Assembly (NCBI GenBank): GCA_951406725.2
Contig: OX597828.1
Location: forward strand, 66,154,001-66,218,000
Direction: 5' to 3'
DNA: 64,000 nt
Origin: Octopus vulgaris
Lineage: Eukaryota
Below are positions 53,211 to 64,000 of this stretch, piece by piece. Position 1 is the first letter of the stretch. Each line of letters starts with the position of its first letter. Both the position numbers and the translations under genes were made by a program. The notes under the pieces are model-generated. The model worked only from the letters and a program-made list of their open reading frames with translations. It made no database searches and was not told the DNA's origin.

Positions 53211-56200
53211 TACAATTATAAAACGGGGAAAAACAAAGATGTAATTGAAGTATCAATCATGACTAGATTTGTTGCCATGGAATAAATTTAAAAAATAGAC
53301 CTTGTAAGTATTTTCAGCAAAGTTCGAAGTGTCTTACTGAGGTATTGAATGGTTGAAACAAAGCCCTATCACCAATAACATTTGAAACAGTCAACAAATC
53401 TAAGTCAATAATTATTGAACTAGCACCTTAATAGGTTGCTTCAGATGAAAGAGAAACTGTGAAAACTTGAGGCACAATATTAGATCCATTTGAATGCAAG
53501 ATATAACTAAACAAAAGAAGTGAATAAAAACCCTTCTAAAATGCAGGAAAGGAATAATTCTATTGATACCATTTTAATCCACTCAGAAGAGGAATCAGCC
53601 TAAGTCACTTACCCCAAAAAAATTTGTAAAAAAAAAATTTTTTAAAAATCAAAAAAAAATCAAAATGAAACTAGTTGAAAAGAAAACTTCAGAAAGATAT
53701 ATGGAAAAGAACTTGACAGGTTTAACTTTAAAACAAAATAATTTCAGGTTAATACCACTATAATAGATCTATATAAAAAATACTTGTGATATTGAATAAC
53801 AAAGATATTTAGTTAGCTATTTTCTTTTTCACTTAAATTCAACAACAGTAAAAGGTTTAAAGTAATTGAAAGATATTTCAAATATCTGTTGAAGGCTGTA
53901 TAAATAACTTTACCACATTAACCAAATTGACAGTCAAGCCCAGATCTTATTATATTCACAACAGTCAAACCTTTTCGCAGGGTATTATCATCACTGAATT
54001 GAAAATACATTATTTTTCTCTAAGAATAACAGCATTCTCCAAATTGAAAGAAAAGCTTTTACAAAAGCATGAAGGTATATCGTAGTGGGAAGAGTGTAAT
54101 AAGGTTATACAACTGTAGAAGACAAATTGAAGAAAATGATAACCTCGATCTGTGTTGGACTGGAGTGTTACTTCAAACCCTATACAACATCAATCAGTTG
54201 ATGACTAACACATGAAAAATCACACAAATAGCATAACTCAGTTTAGAAAATGTTGACAAAAGGAGTGAAAGATATTTTCCCTATGTTAATATTCCAAACA
54301 GGAAGTTACAAGAGCCATATCATACACATAAAGCTGGAAGAAGGATGAAATAGTATAAATATCAATGAATTAGATTAGAATTTACTAACAGACATGAAAG
54401 ATACATATGCTATATCAAAGTTTACGAGTTGGTTCATAAAAATACCATTATATGAATAATTGATAATAAAACTAAATATAAAAATGTACAACTGTAATCA
54501 CCGGGATGTACCATCATTTAGTTTTTATCATGTTATTTTTTTAAGTATGCACAAAAAAAAAAAAAAATTAAATAAAAAGCTAAAAATGCTTTTCTAAACA
54601 GTGCATGTTGATATTGAGCTTGGATTCTGGACATTCCATAGGGTTTTGTGTGTGTGTGTGTGAAATTTTTTATTTAATTATGTACAAGGATAAAGATAAA
54701 ACCTTGTAAATTGCCCATTCTTCTCATCTTTTGTGTGCATGGATCATTAGAATACTTTAAAGTCTTACAGTGGAATGCAGCTTCAGAAATATGATTTTCA
54801 AACTTTACATCTTGTTCTTGTTGCTCTGTCTTCTAAATTTTATCTCATAACTAAATTTGCTGCAAGTGTTTTTAGAACAACTTGCCCCTAGTGTAACCTA
54901 TCAGTAAATCCATCATATATATACAATCAATTGAAGCATATGATAAACAAAAGACAATAATATCAGGAAAAATGTACAAAGAATATATACTAAATTTTAG
55001 TGTGTGTGTGTGTTATTTAATATATCATACAAAAATTGAGTCTTAGACTGCTTGATTTTTGCAAAAAAACATCTTTAACTTCACTAAGATGTAACTGTAT
55101 TAACATAAGATTTTCTAATACAACTTTCATGGGTGAATTTCATATAAAAAGTGGCTCCATTACAATTACTTGCTGCAGCAAGAGGTGAATTAGCAGAAAA
55201 TCACATAGAATATGGTGAGGTATTTGGTCTGGATCTCTGTACTCAGAGTACAAATTTTGCCAAAATGCTAATGATGAAGGTGAATCATCTGACCACTGGA
55301 CTACTTTGACCACCTTGTAATAGGCCAGCATGGACAAGTAGGCCTACAACTAGAGAAGAAAATATGGCAATGGCTTGATGAGACTTCATTTAGCAGTAAG
55401 TCAAAAATGACAATGGAAACAGCATGTATTCTGTATACAGACAAGATGAAGATTTTATGCAATCTAGGCTTATTTGCCAAGAAGAAATAATCAGCAACAT
55501 CACATTACTCCTGGCTCTCTGTTCTGGCAGTGAATGAGCTTACTACAAAATCATAGGACCCAAATACTAATATCAACCTTAACGTTTAGAATCAACACCA
55601 ATATCCAAAATACAGGTAACCTCAAAATCAGGAAATGGCTTTTATGCAGCAAATTCCAGCTAACCAATTTCATTGCAGCAGTGTAGCTCACAAATGATGT
55701 ATCTCACACATACACAAAGTTAGTTTGTGATTTATTCAGAAAGAAGTTTCATAAAAAGAAACAAAAATATTTATACACACACACACACACTCACACACAA
55801 ACAGATCATATCCATTTAAAATAGATCAATATTTTACAATAAGGGAGAGCTGGTTTGATGGCCATGACAACATCGTAGTTGTTGATTACATAAATATTAA
55901 TGAGATGAAGGCATGAAATGAGAGCAGAGGAGGAGACACTTGACAAAAATGATTTCCTCTTCTATATTTCTTATGTTTTGTTGCAACATTTACAGGAAGT
56001 TAGCAGCTTAGTAAGAAAATTCTATTAACTACCCCATTGCATCTTTAGCACAGCATAAAGAGGTTGTAATAGATTTCAAAACCACAAAGGTACTAACCAG
56101 CAACTTTATTGAAACTAGCTGTATATAAACTACAAGATTAGTTTACAGAGAGGGAAAAAAAAAGTTATTCTCCTATTCACATTCAAGAAGAATATCCAAC

Positions 56201-56529
56201 TTTTAATAATACAAGATGTATTTATCTTATTTGATTGCATTCCACAATTTTATAGTGCTACTGAATTAGGAATGTGTTCTATCATACATAACACATACAT
56301 AACATTTAGACTGAATACAACCAGAACGATGAGAGAGAAAAACAACCAAGGAAAATCTCAAACAACATCAATATGAAAGAATGAAAGCTCAAAATAAATT
56401 AAAATTTCTAATCAATAACAAATAATACTGGAAATTAGCAGTTGTAAACAACTATTTTATACAAAAAAAAGGATTTCTATATTTGATGAATGAAATGAAT
56501 GTAAGAGTGCGATGAGAGACAACCAATAC

Positions 56530-56560
<31 letters not shown>

Positions 56561-57834
56561 CTTCAATATATAGAGCATTGCAATGTTCTAGATTCAAATG
56601 AAAGTAAGAATGATGGGAAACAGTCGATATATGTGTGCACTATGGTACTTCAATGTTCTAGGTTCAAATGCTGTCAGGGTTAACATTGCTACCAAAATTT
56701 TGAAAGATTGATAATATATAAGAGTCACTATTGGAATTGATTCAATAGACTATGTACACCACATCCTGGCCAAACATTGGCCTTCTGATATCTATTATCT
56801 ATCACAAATAGGAAAACATTTAAGGAATTGGTACTATAAATTCTTTCAAGAAATAAAAATGAGAAGTAAAACTAACTTCCTAAATTATATGCAATCTGAA
56901 TTTCTAAAATTTTACATATCTAGCAATGAAAAAATAAATTAACAAACAAGTGAAATATAAACAACCCGGGGGCAGTTCATTATCATAATTATCTCTGCAA
57001 ATGCTGTAACCAAATATAAACTACTGCACAAGGCAGAAATAAATTGAAAACAGATGTCATTTATAGAAAATTACTAATTATATATATATAGTTACTAAAG
57101 TTACATTTAAGAATTTCTCCATCTAAAGGACCCATAAGAATTTAAGTACCACAATTGAGAAATTAAAAATATATATAGATATATTGAGAATCAATTTAAA
57201 ATGGAATTTCTAAGTGGAAGGAAAAAGAAATTTCAACACATGAACAGGAACATGAGAATGTACATAATCTCTAACTTACAGAGCTGTGATGGAATTTCAA
57301 TAAACACAAATTCAATGAAACAACAGTCATTTGTATATAAATTGAAAATGTATATTCTTACAAATGATAAATCATGCACTTGAAAATCTAAAGTATGGAA
57401 CACAGATGAAATTTTTTTAAATCCCTATTTTCTCTTTTGTCAACCAACTGTCCAAGAAAAAGAAAAAAAATTTCAACAGAAATGACGCTATTTTATTACT
57501 TTCATGCTAACCACATATCAAGTCTTTTAGAGTCATATAATTTTAAGAAACATTTAAGATGCTTATAATTATATAAAATCAAAAGCAATATGTATGTGAG
57601 GTATTTGACATGCCATATCATTATAATTAGTAAATAAGCATGAGAAACTTTTAATGCTTTGCTCAAAAATTAGACAAATAGGGAAAAATCGAGTTATCCA
57701 TTATAGTTCCATAAATACAAACAAAAAGTCACTTCTTTGAATTTTATCCTTAATTGTTAAGTAATTTAAAAAAGAAGCCTCTGAGGGCTTCTGACCATCT
57801 CAAAAAAGCAATAATCTCATAAGAAGGAGGATGT

Positions 57835-58872
57835 TTAAACAAAATTTGGTTTAGCTGGATATTGGCAACCATAGTGCTGAATGACAACTTTGGCAGCATA
57901 AAAACCACACCTGACACAATCCTGTACTGAGCGGCCAAGAACCCATTGGGACAAGAACCCACCAACAAAAGAATCCCCACAACCATTTGTATCTTTAATA
58001 AGATCATGGTCTACAGTTTCCACTGGATATTCAGATACTTTTCCTCCTTGTGCTACTATAGTGGGGTCCCTGCCCTGGGTGAAAACAACAATGCGCTCTC
58101 TTTCTGAATTAACTTTTGGCAATGCTGCCACCTGTAGCGCCATTTGCTTCAAGTCCTTATTTGGGAATCCCATTATAGAACAAAATTCAGCAGCTTCGTC
58201 ACTGTTACCAAAAAGAATATCTATGTAAGGTAAGATATTTATTTTGGGGTCAGCAAACATACTGCAGAGGAAAGTCGCATGCAAGTTTATAACCATAGTC
58301 TTTTTATTCTCAGTACTATGATGTGCTAGGGCAAGAACTGATTCTTTACTAACAGGGAGAATAAACCCGCCAGCATAATAACACTGAGCAGCTTCTACTA
58401 ACTTCCAGTTCTCAGGTTTTTTCAAGAAATCAACGCAGAAGTGTTGGGCAGCCCCCAATTCTGTCACGAGCGATCGGTCTTCTCCAGTTATTATTGCCCC
58501 ACAAACACCAGTTTGAACATCACTGTGGACTTGATAGCGCACATTCACACCAACATCAATAGACTTCTTTTTCAAAATCTCAGCATATTTATCCTGGCCT
58601 ACACCACCAAAAAATGTGGTAGCATTTGGTTTCTGCAGAAGCCACTGTGCTACACGCACACTATTAAGGGTGGCACCTCCAGGTAAATATTCCGGTTTGT
58701 AATTTTTCACCATCTCCTCATAGAGAGGATGGTGAACTTCTGCAGCTATGATAGCATTGTTAGCTAGTAAACCATATTTATCGAGTAATGCGTTGTCTGG
58801 GCAAACAACAGTAATGTCAAGAAGAGGATTTCCAAGCCCAAGGAGAATTCCTTCGGATACAGTGTCAGCCAT
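57835..58872 (-). CDS. ADK: Adenosine kinase (PfkB/ribokinase family), single coding exon, 345 aa
   Basis: The ORF carries ADK motifs GLGNPLLD, PGGATLNS, GEDRSLV, LFGNxxEA, VFTQGRD, DTNGCGDSFVGGF and C-terminal GCQYPAKP. It is the same length as the short vertebrate ADK isoform. A splice acceptor (tttttctctctattttcag, AG at 58889-58888) lies 15 nt before the ATG. Confidence 0.97.
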   Translation of the reverse strand: MADTVSEGILLGLGNPLLDITVVCPDNALLDKYGLLANNAIIAAEVHHPLYEEMVKNYKPEYLPGGATLNSVRVAQWLLQKPNATTFFGGVGQDKYAEILKKKSIDVGVNVRYQVHSDVQTGVCGAIITGEDRSLVTELGAAQHFCVDFLKKPENWKLVEAAQCYYAGGFILPVSKESVLALAHHSTENKKTMVINLHATFLCSMFADPKINILPYIDILFGNSDEAAEFCSIMGFPNKDLKQMALQVAALPKVNSERERIVVFTQGRDPTIVAQGGKVSEYPVETVDHDLIKDTNGCGDSFVGGFLSQWVLGRSVQDCVRCGFYAAKVVIQHYGCQYPAKPNFV

Positions 58873-59737
58873 TTTGGTGGAGAAATTCTGAAAATAGAGA
58901 GAAAAATATTATATGATAAACAGAATTAAGTATTACATCTACTTTGTACAATGTATATATATAATTCAAAAGTACAAAAACTTCCAACATATCCTTTTAC
59001 CAGTCACATAACTGTGGCCATGCTGGGGCACCACCTTTAAAGGTTTAATTGACTGTATTAACCCCTGGTCATTAATTTACCAACGTTTGTTGAGCCACTA
59101 AGTTATAGAAAGATGTACAACATAATCACAGGCATACAGACATATACATATTTTATGAGCTTCTTTACTATTTCAGTCTAATAATTTCCACCCACAAGGT
59201 ATGGGTTAACTTGAGGCTATGGGAAAGACATTTGTCCAACTTTTTAATGACTAAAAGAAAAAAAAACGCATGCACTCTTCCTCCAATATGTAGAGATACT
59301 CATCTATTGCACAAACCGTATGCATTTGCATGAAATGCATAGCAAGGTTCTAAAATAGTAAAGACAAAAACAAAACAGTCTGAAATAGCTACCTTACAAC
59401 AACCTACATAATGAGAACCAGATTCTGGTATAATGTAACATGGTAAGAAATACTCCTTTAGCTATACTATACGTTGAAGAAACTGGTTCATTATATTTAG
59501 AATAAAAGGCTGGTAAAATGTCTTGTCATGCACACAGTTGTTCCCATTTCCTAGCTCTTGTCATTTGTAATGAAAACAAATTAAAAACTGAACTGAATGC
59601 AAACTAAAAAATAGACAATTCAAACGGAAATGTTTTTGAAATTTAACAGGTCATAAAATTGGCTTCCTTACGTATAACAGTTTCAAATTTCCTGTGTTCA
59701 AATACAGCATAGTTACTACTACAACTGATATGTCAAA

Positions 59738-59965
59738 CATTATATAATCAACATAAAATAAATCTAAAGGGAAAAAAAATCTACAACGAGATTTATGTGT
59801 GTATATACATATACACATTATGTAATCAACATAAAATGAATCTAAAGGGAAAAATCTACAACGAAATTTATGTGTGTATATAGATATACACATTATGTAA
59901 TCAACATAAACTGAATCTAAAGGGATTTAATCAACAGTGAACTTTCTGTGTGTAAATACATATAC
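59738..59965. repeat. Minisatellite, about 75-bp unit, about 3 copies
   Basis: cattatgtaatcaacataaaatgaatctaaaggg...tgtgtgtatata repeated. Confidence 0.85.
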
Positions 59966-60714
59966 ATCCATAAATAGATGTATGTATTGTATGTATACAA
60001 TATACTGCATATATATTTTACATAGAAGAGATTACATGCAAAAATAAACATTATGTAACAATATTAGATTATGGACAGCAAAGTTAGTTAAACACGCTTC
60101 ACGGTGAGTGTTATAAAGGATGAGAAGCATTAAAAAGTTACTTCAATAAAATTATGCAGTAAGAAAAAAACAATACTCATCAATGACTAATTAATTATTC
60201 TAACAATTATAGGAGACACTTCCCCAGCCAGACAGGTTTCGGATTTATTTCACCTTTTCAGTGAATTAAATAAATATTTCTCCAAAACCTATCAGCATAG
60301 AAACAAATATAGATGAACTATATAACAACAATTTTGGATGAAAGGCTTAAATCACAGTCAGAATTATTCTACATATAACTTAAATATATTGCTATTATAA
60401 AAAAATTATTAACATTTAACTATTTTTAAATATCTTGAACCTAACTTTTTGAAATTAATCCTTGAATATCAACTGAAATTTTGAATTTTGTTCTTTACAT
60501 AAATTTTTGCTTATATATTGCCTGTTCTTGAATATATATCTTAAAAATCAAACTAAAATTTTCAGAAGCAGCATTTCCAATAACTTAGGAATCTAGGAAA
60601 GTTAAAGATTATCCTAAACTAAAGAAACCAAATTTGATGGATTGCAAAATGGATATGTATTTTGAATATGAAGGAAAAAGGTAGATGGTAAAAGAAAGAA
60701 AGCAAAACATTTAC

Positions 60715-60857
60715 CCGCAAACTTCAACAGATAACTTGTTTTGAGTTGACAAACGTTCTAACTAAACTTGCAGTGACTGCAAAACTATCATCGTCATCTA
60801 AGGAACTGTTATTGGATACATCTATCACAGTAACAGCAGTTGGAGATAAAAGACTAC
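60715..60857 (-). other. Putative upstream exon of the ADK transcript
   Basis: ttacttaatag acceptor and CGG|gtaaat donor. One frame is open for 43 codons, then TGA 9 nt before the donor. The acceptor polypyrimidine tract is weak. Confidence 0.4.
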
Positions 60858-61329
60858 CTATTAAGTAAATAGCTTTCACTTATTTCATAAAGTAATAAGT
60901 TGTATGCTACAGAGTTCAGCAGCTGCTTTGTCAAATTACAGGGAGGGAAAAAAAAATCTATTTTAAGCTTGGAGAAGTTTTAAATGTCAGTAGCCTTACT
61001 CCAATAATGTTGTCATGCAGTTAAGTAATATAATTCTTTAAATATAGAATAACTAATGAATTGAGAGGAGGACTAAATGAAAAAATTAAAAGTGTAGATA
61101 AACTATTTCTAGTCAGCAGTATTAAGATATAAGATTACAGCAGGTCGGATGTACTTCAGCTTTTTTAAATTTTAATTTTGAAGTTGTCTCCCTTACCTTT
61201 GGAAAAAGAATTCTCATTATACTTTTCTTCCTTTCTTTATGAGTAAAATTTTGATTAAATATATATATTTTTTAATTCACTTCATTAAGTATGTTAAGTA
61301 CCCACTTATGTCTGTGTTATTCATGCTGA

Positions 61330-61720
61330 AAGCATCCCAAGGAAATTTTCCCACGTTGTTATTGATCCATCATTCTTAACTGCCAACATCTCAAAGATGC
61401 AAGCATGGTTAGCAATTACTGTCTCACTACTTTAAACCTCTATCTCTTCTTGGTAACCATCAAGTTCTGTAGAGGACTTCAGTGGAAACAGCGTTGTTCT
61501 CTGTGACATCAGCAAATCTTGGCATGAGTATCTACTAGTTCAGCTTACCATTTCTTAGATGAAATGCCCAATTAAACTTCACTGTTGTATGTGCTACAAA
61601 GACCTCTATATTTCAAATTGTTAACTTTGTGATGCAATGTGGTTTGGTTGTGCCTCCAACACTAATACTGTCCTACATTAACGAGCTTCTTACTGCTACC
61701 TCTAATACATACTCCTATAC
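61330..61720 (+). mobile_element. Highly decayed LINE RT relic
   Basis: Weak resemblance to RT segments (DISK, SYTD). No ORF. Confidence 0.3.
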
Positions 61721-63123
61721 AGATACAAGACTGACTTCATCCCTAACGTAACACGAGATTCAGGCAACATCCAGATGCTACCCATTTAACCTTTTAGCAT
61801 TCAAATTACTTTGTCAAATGTAATGCATATTTATACACATTGCCTTGAATTACTCATGCATATCCTGTAACTATTTTTAGAATGACACTGTAGGGTAGGT
61901 ATGAGGGGCTGAATCTAGTAATTTTGCATGTAAAAATAGAATATTTTGGATCAGATATGGCCAGTTTAAATTCATCCAAAAATAACAGAATTTATGCCAC
62001 TCTAAAGATGTTAATTTGAAAATTAATTCTTAATCTTAAAAGTTTGAGATGATTTAAGTGTCAAAAAATTTTAACATTATAGAAATGGTACAGTCAATAG
62101 AATTCACAGTAGTACAAGACTAATATATATTTTATTGATTACAGGAGGATAAAAGGCAAGGTTGATTCAGCTGGCATTTCAACACAATGGTAAATGGACA
62201 TAGCTGGAGAAAAGATTAGTGTTGAGAGAGGGCGAGAGAGAGAATGTGTGTGTGAGAGAAAGTTAAGTAGGTAGGTACTGTTGTCACCATAATTACTAAC
62301 AAGTTTGGATTAAAAAAAATGGAATTTTAAGTGCAAGTTAATACAATGGAACACAAACTTCAAAAAATGACAATATGTATATATATGATACATGGTTATT
62401 TGTGTGTGTGTGTGTATTTATTTATACATAATTAGGATAAAGTCATAATTTAATTATTTATCAATGGCCAGCATACTAACAAGACCTTAATGGGTTAATT
62501 TATATCTAAATATAATTTTATTTGTTTCAGTCATTTAACTGCAGCCATGCTGGAGCACCGCCTTTTAGTCAAACAAATCAAATCCAAGATTTATTCTTTG
62601 TAAACTTGGTACTTATTCCATTGGTGTCTTTTGTTGAACCACTAAGTTATGAGGACATAAACACATCAACATCGGCTGTCAAGCAATAGTGGGGAGCCAA
62701 ACACAGACACACATAATCATCATCATCATCGTTTAACGTTGGTTTTTCCATGCTGTCATAGGTTGGACGGTTTGACTGGGGACTGGCAAGCCAGGAGGCT
62801 GCACCAGGCTAGAGTCTGACCTGGCAATGTTTCTACAGCTGGATGCCCTTCCTAAAGCCAACCATTCCAAGAGTGTAGTGGGTGCTTTTTATGTGCCACC
62901 AGCACGGGAGCCAGTCAGGCGGAACAGGCATCGGCCACGTTCAGATGGTGCTTTTTACATGCCACCAGTGGGCTTCTTTCAGTTTCCATCAACCAAATCC
63001 ACTCACAAAGCTTTGGTCGGCCTCACGCTATAGTAAAAAGACACTTGCCCAAGGTTCCACGCAGTGGGACTCAACCTAGAACCACGTGGTTGGGAAACAA
63101 GCTTCTTACCATACAGCCACATT

Positions 63124-63165
<42 letters not shown>

Positions 63166-64000
63166 TTTATTTTCTATTATTAATGTTCATCAAGAAAGTC
63201 AATCTAAACATTATTTGCACAATTTATGAAGGTACATGCATGATTTAGAAATATTTTTAGCTGGAAGCATAGCAATGAATTTGAACAAGTAATTATAATA
63301 TTACAGAAGTGAACAGAAAAGTAACGTAGCTCTATGCATTAGGACTATATCAAATTTTTATGCTCCAGCATGGCTGCAGTCTGAAACAAGTAAAAGAATA
63401 TATGGTTCTAGGTTCAGTCCCACCTTGGGCAGGTGTCTTCTACTATAGCTTCAGGCCAACCAAAGCCTCATGAGTGGATTTGGTAGACATAAATTGAAAG
63501 AAGCCCATCGTATATATACATATTTATCTCTGTGTGTGTCTTTGTGTCTGTGCTTGCTCCTCACCATCACCACTTGACAATGGTGTTGATGTGTTTATGT
63601 CTAAGTTAGCAGTTCAGCAAAAGAGACTGATAGAATAAGTACTACACTTAAAAACATAAGTCCAGGGATCATTTTATTCAACTAAAACACCTCAAGGTGG
63701 TGCTCTAGCATGGCCGCAGTCAGATGACTGAAACAAGTAAAAGAATAAAAGAATATATATATATATATATATCCAATTTCCATCTGTACATTGCACAAGT
63801 GGAAAGGTGCATAATTTTGTGAAGCTATGAACAGATTTACAGAGACATGTTTCAAACATTGAAAGAAGCAACAGTAATGTTCGTATGTATTGCCAAAGTT
63901 TTCCAATAAAAGATTTGAATATAATAAGTATGCCTGTCTTCTAAGATGTATTTAAGAGAGGAAATAAATAGGCTCCAGCAATAAAGAGAAAAAACTTAAC

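Noticed and set aside
53364-53405. Minus-strand ...NVIGDR as the missing MRPL24 exon end
   Set aside because: No GT donor follows, and the upstream residues lack the conserved Trp/aromatic pattern.
57750-58686. ORFs 57750-58007(-) and 58441-58686(+) overlapping ADK
   Set aside because: Shadow frames of the ADK coding sequence with no independent support.

Overview
AT-rich, repeat-dense eukaryotic DNA. The repeat inventory (RTE 3'-tail elements ending in (GAT)n, tRNA-derived SINEs, TTAA-flanked MITEs, long (TA)n tracts) looks like an octopus or other coleoid cephalopod genome; this is an inference. Two protein-coding genes are supported, both on the minus strand. (1) The last four coding exons of mitochondrial ribosomal protein L24 (MRPL24; 37536-37441, 36208-36102, 33599-33457, 32295-32159), found by manual splicing and absent from the ORF track. 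(2) An intronless, catalytically intact 345-aa adenosine kinase (58872-57835). I could not find the 5' exons of MRPL24 anywhere between 37537 and 64000, so ADK appears to be nested, on the same strand, in a >26 kb MRPL24 intron. The ADK splice acceptor is in phase with that intron. The rest of the window is CR1 and RTE LINE relics, a DD36E Tc1 element, mariner fragments, Helitrons, MITEs, Penelope-like remnants carrying several hammerhead ribozyme motifs, and local inverted duplications that would form dsRNA in the MRPL24 pre-mRNA. Repeat boundaries were read by eye and are approximate.
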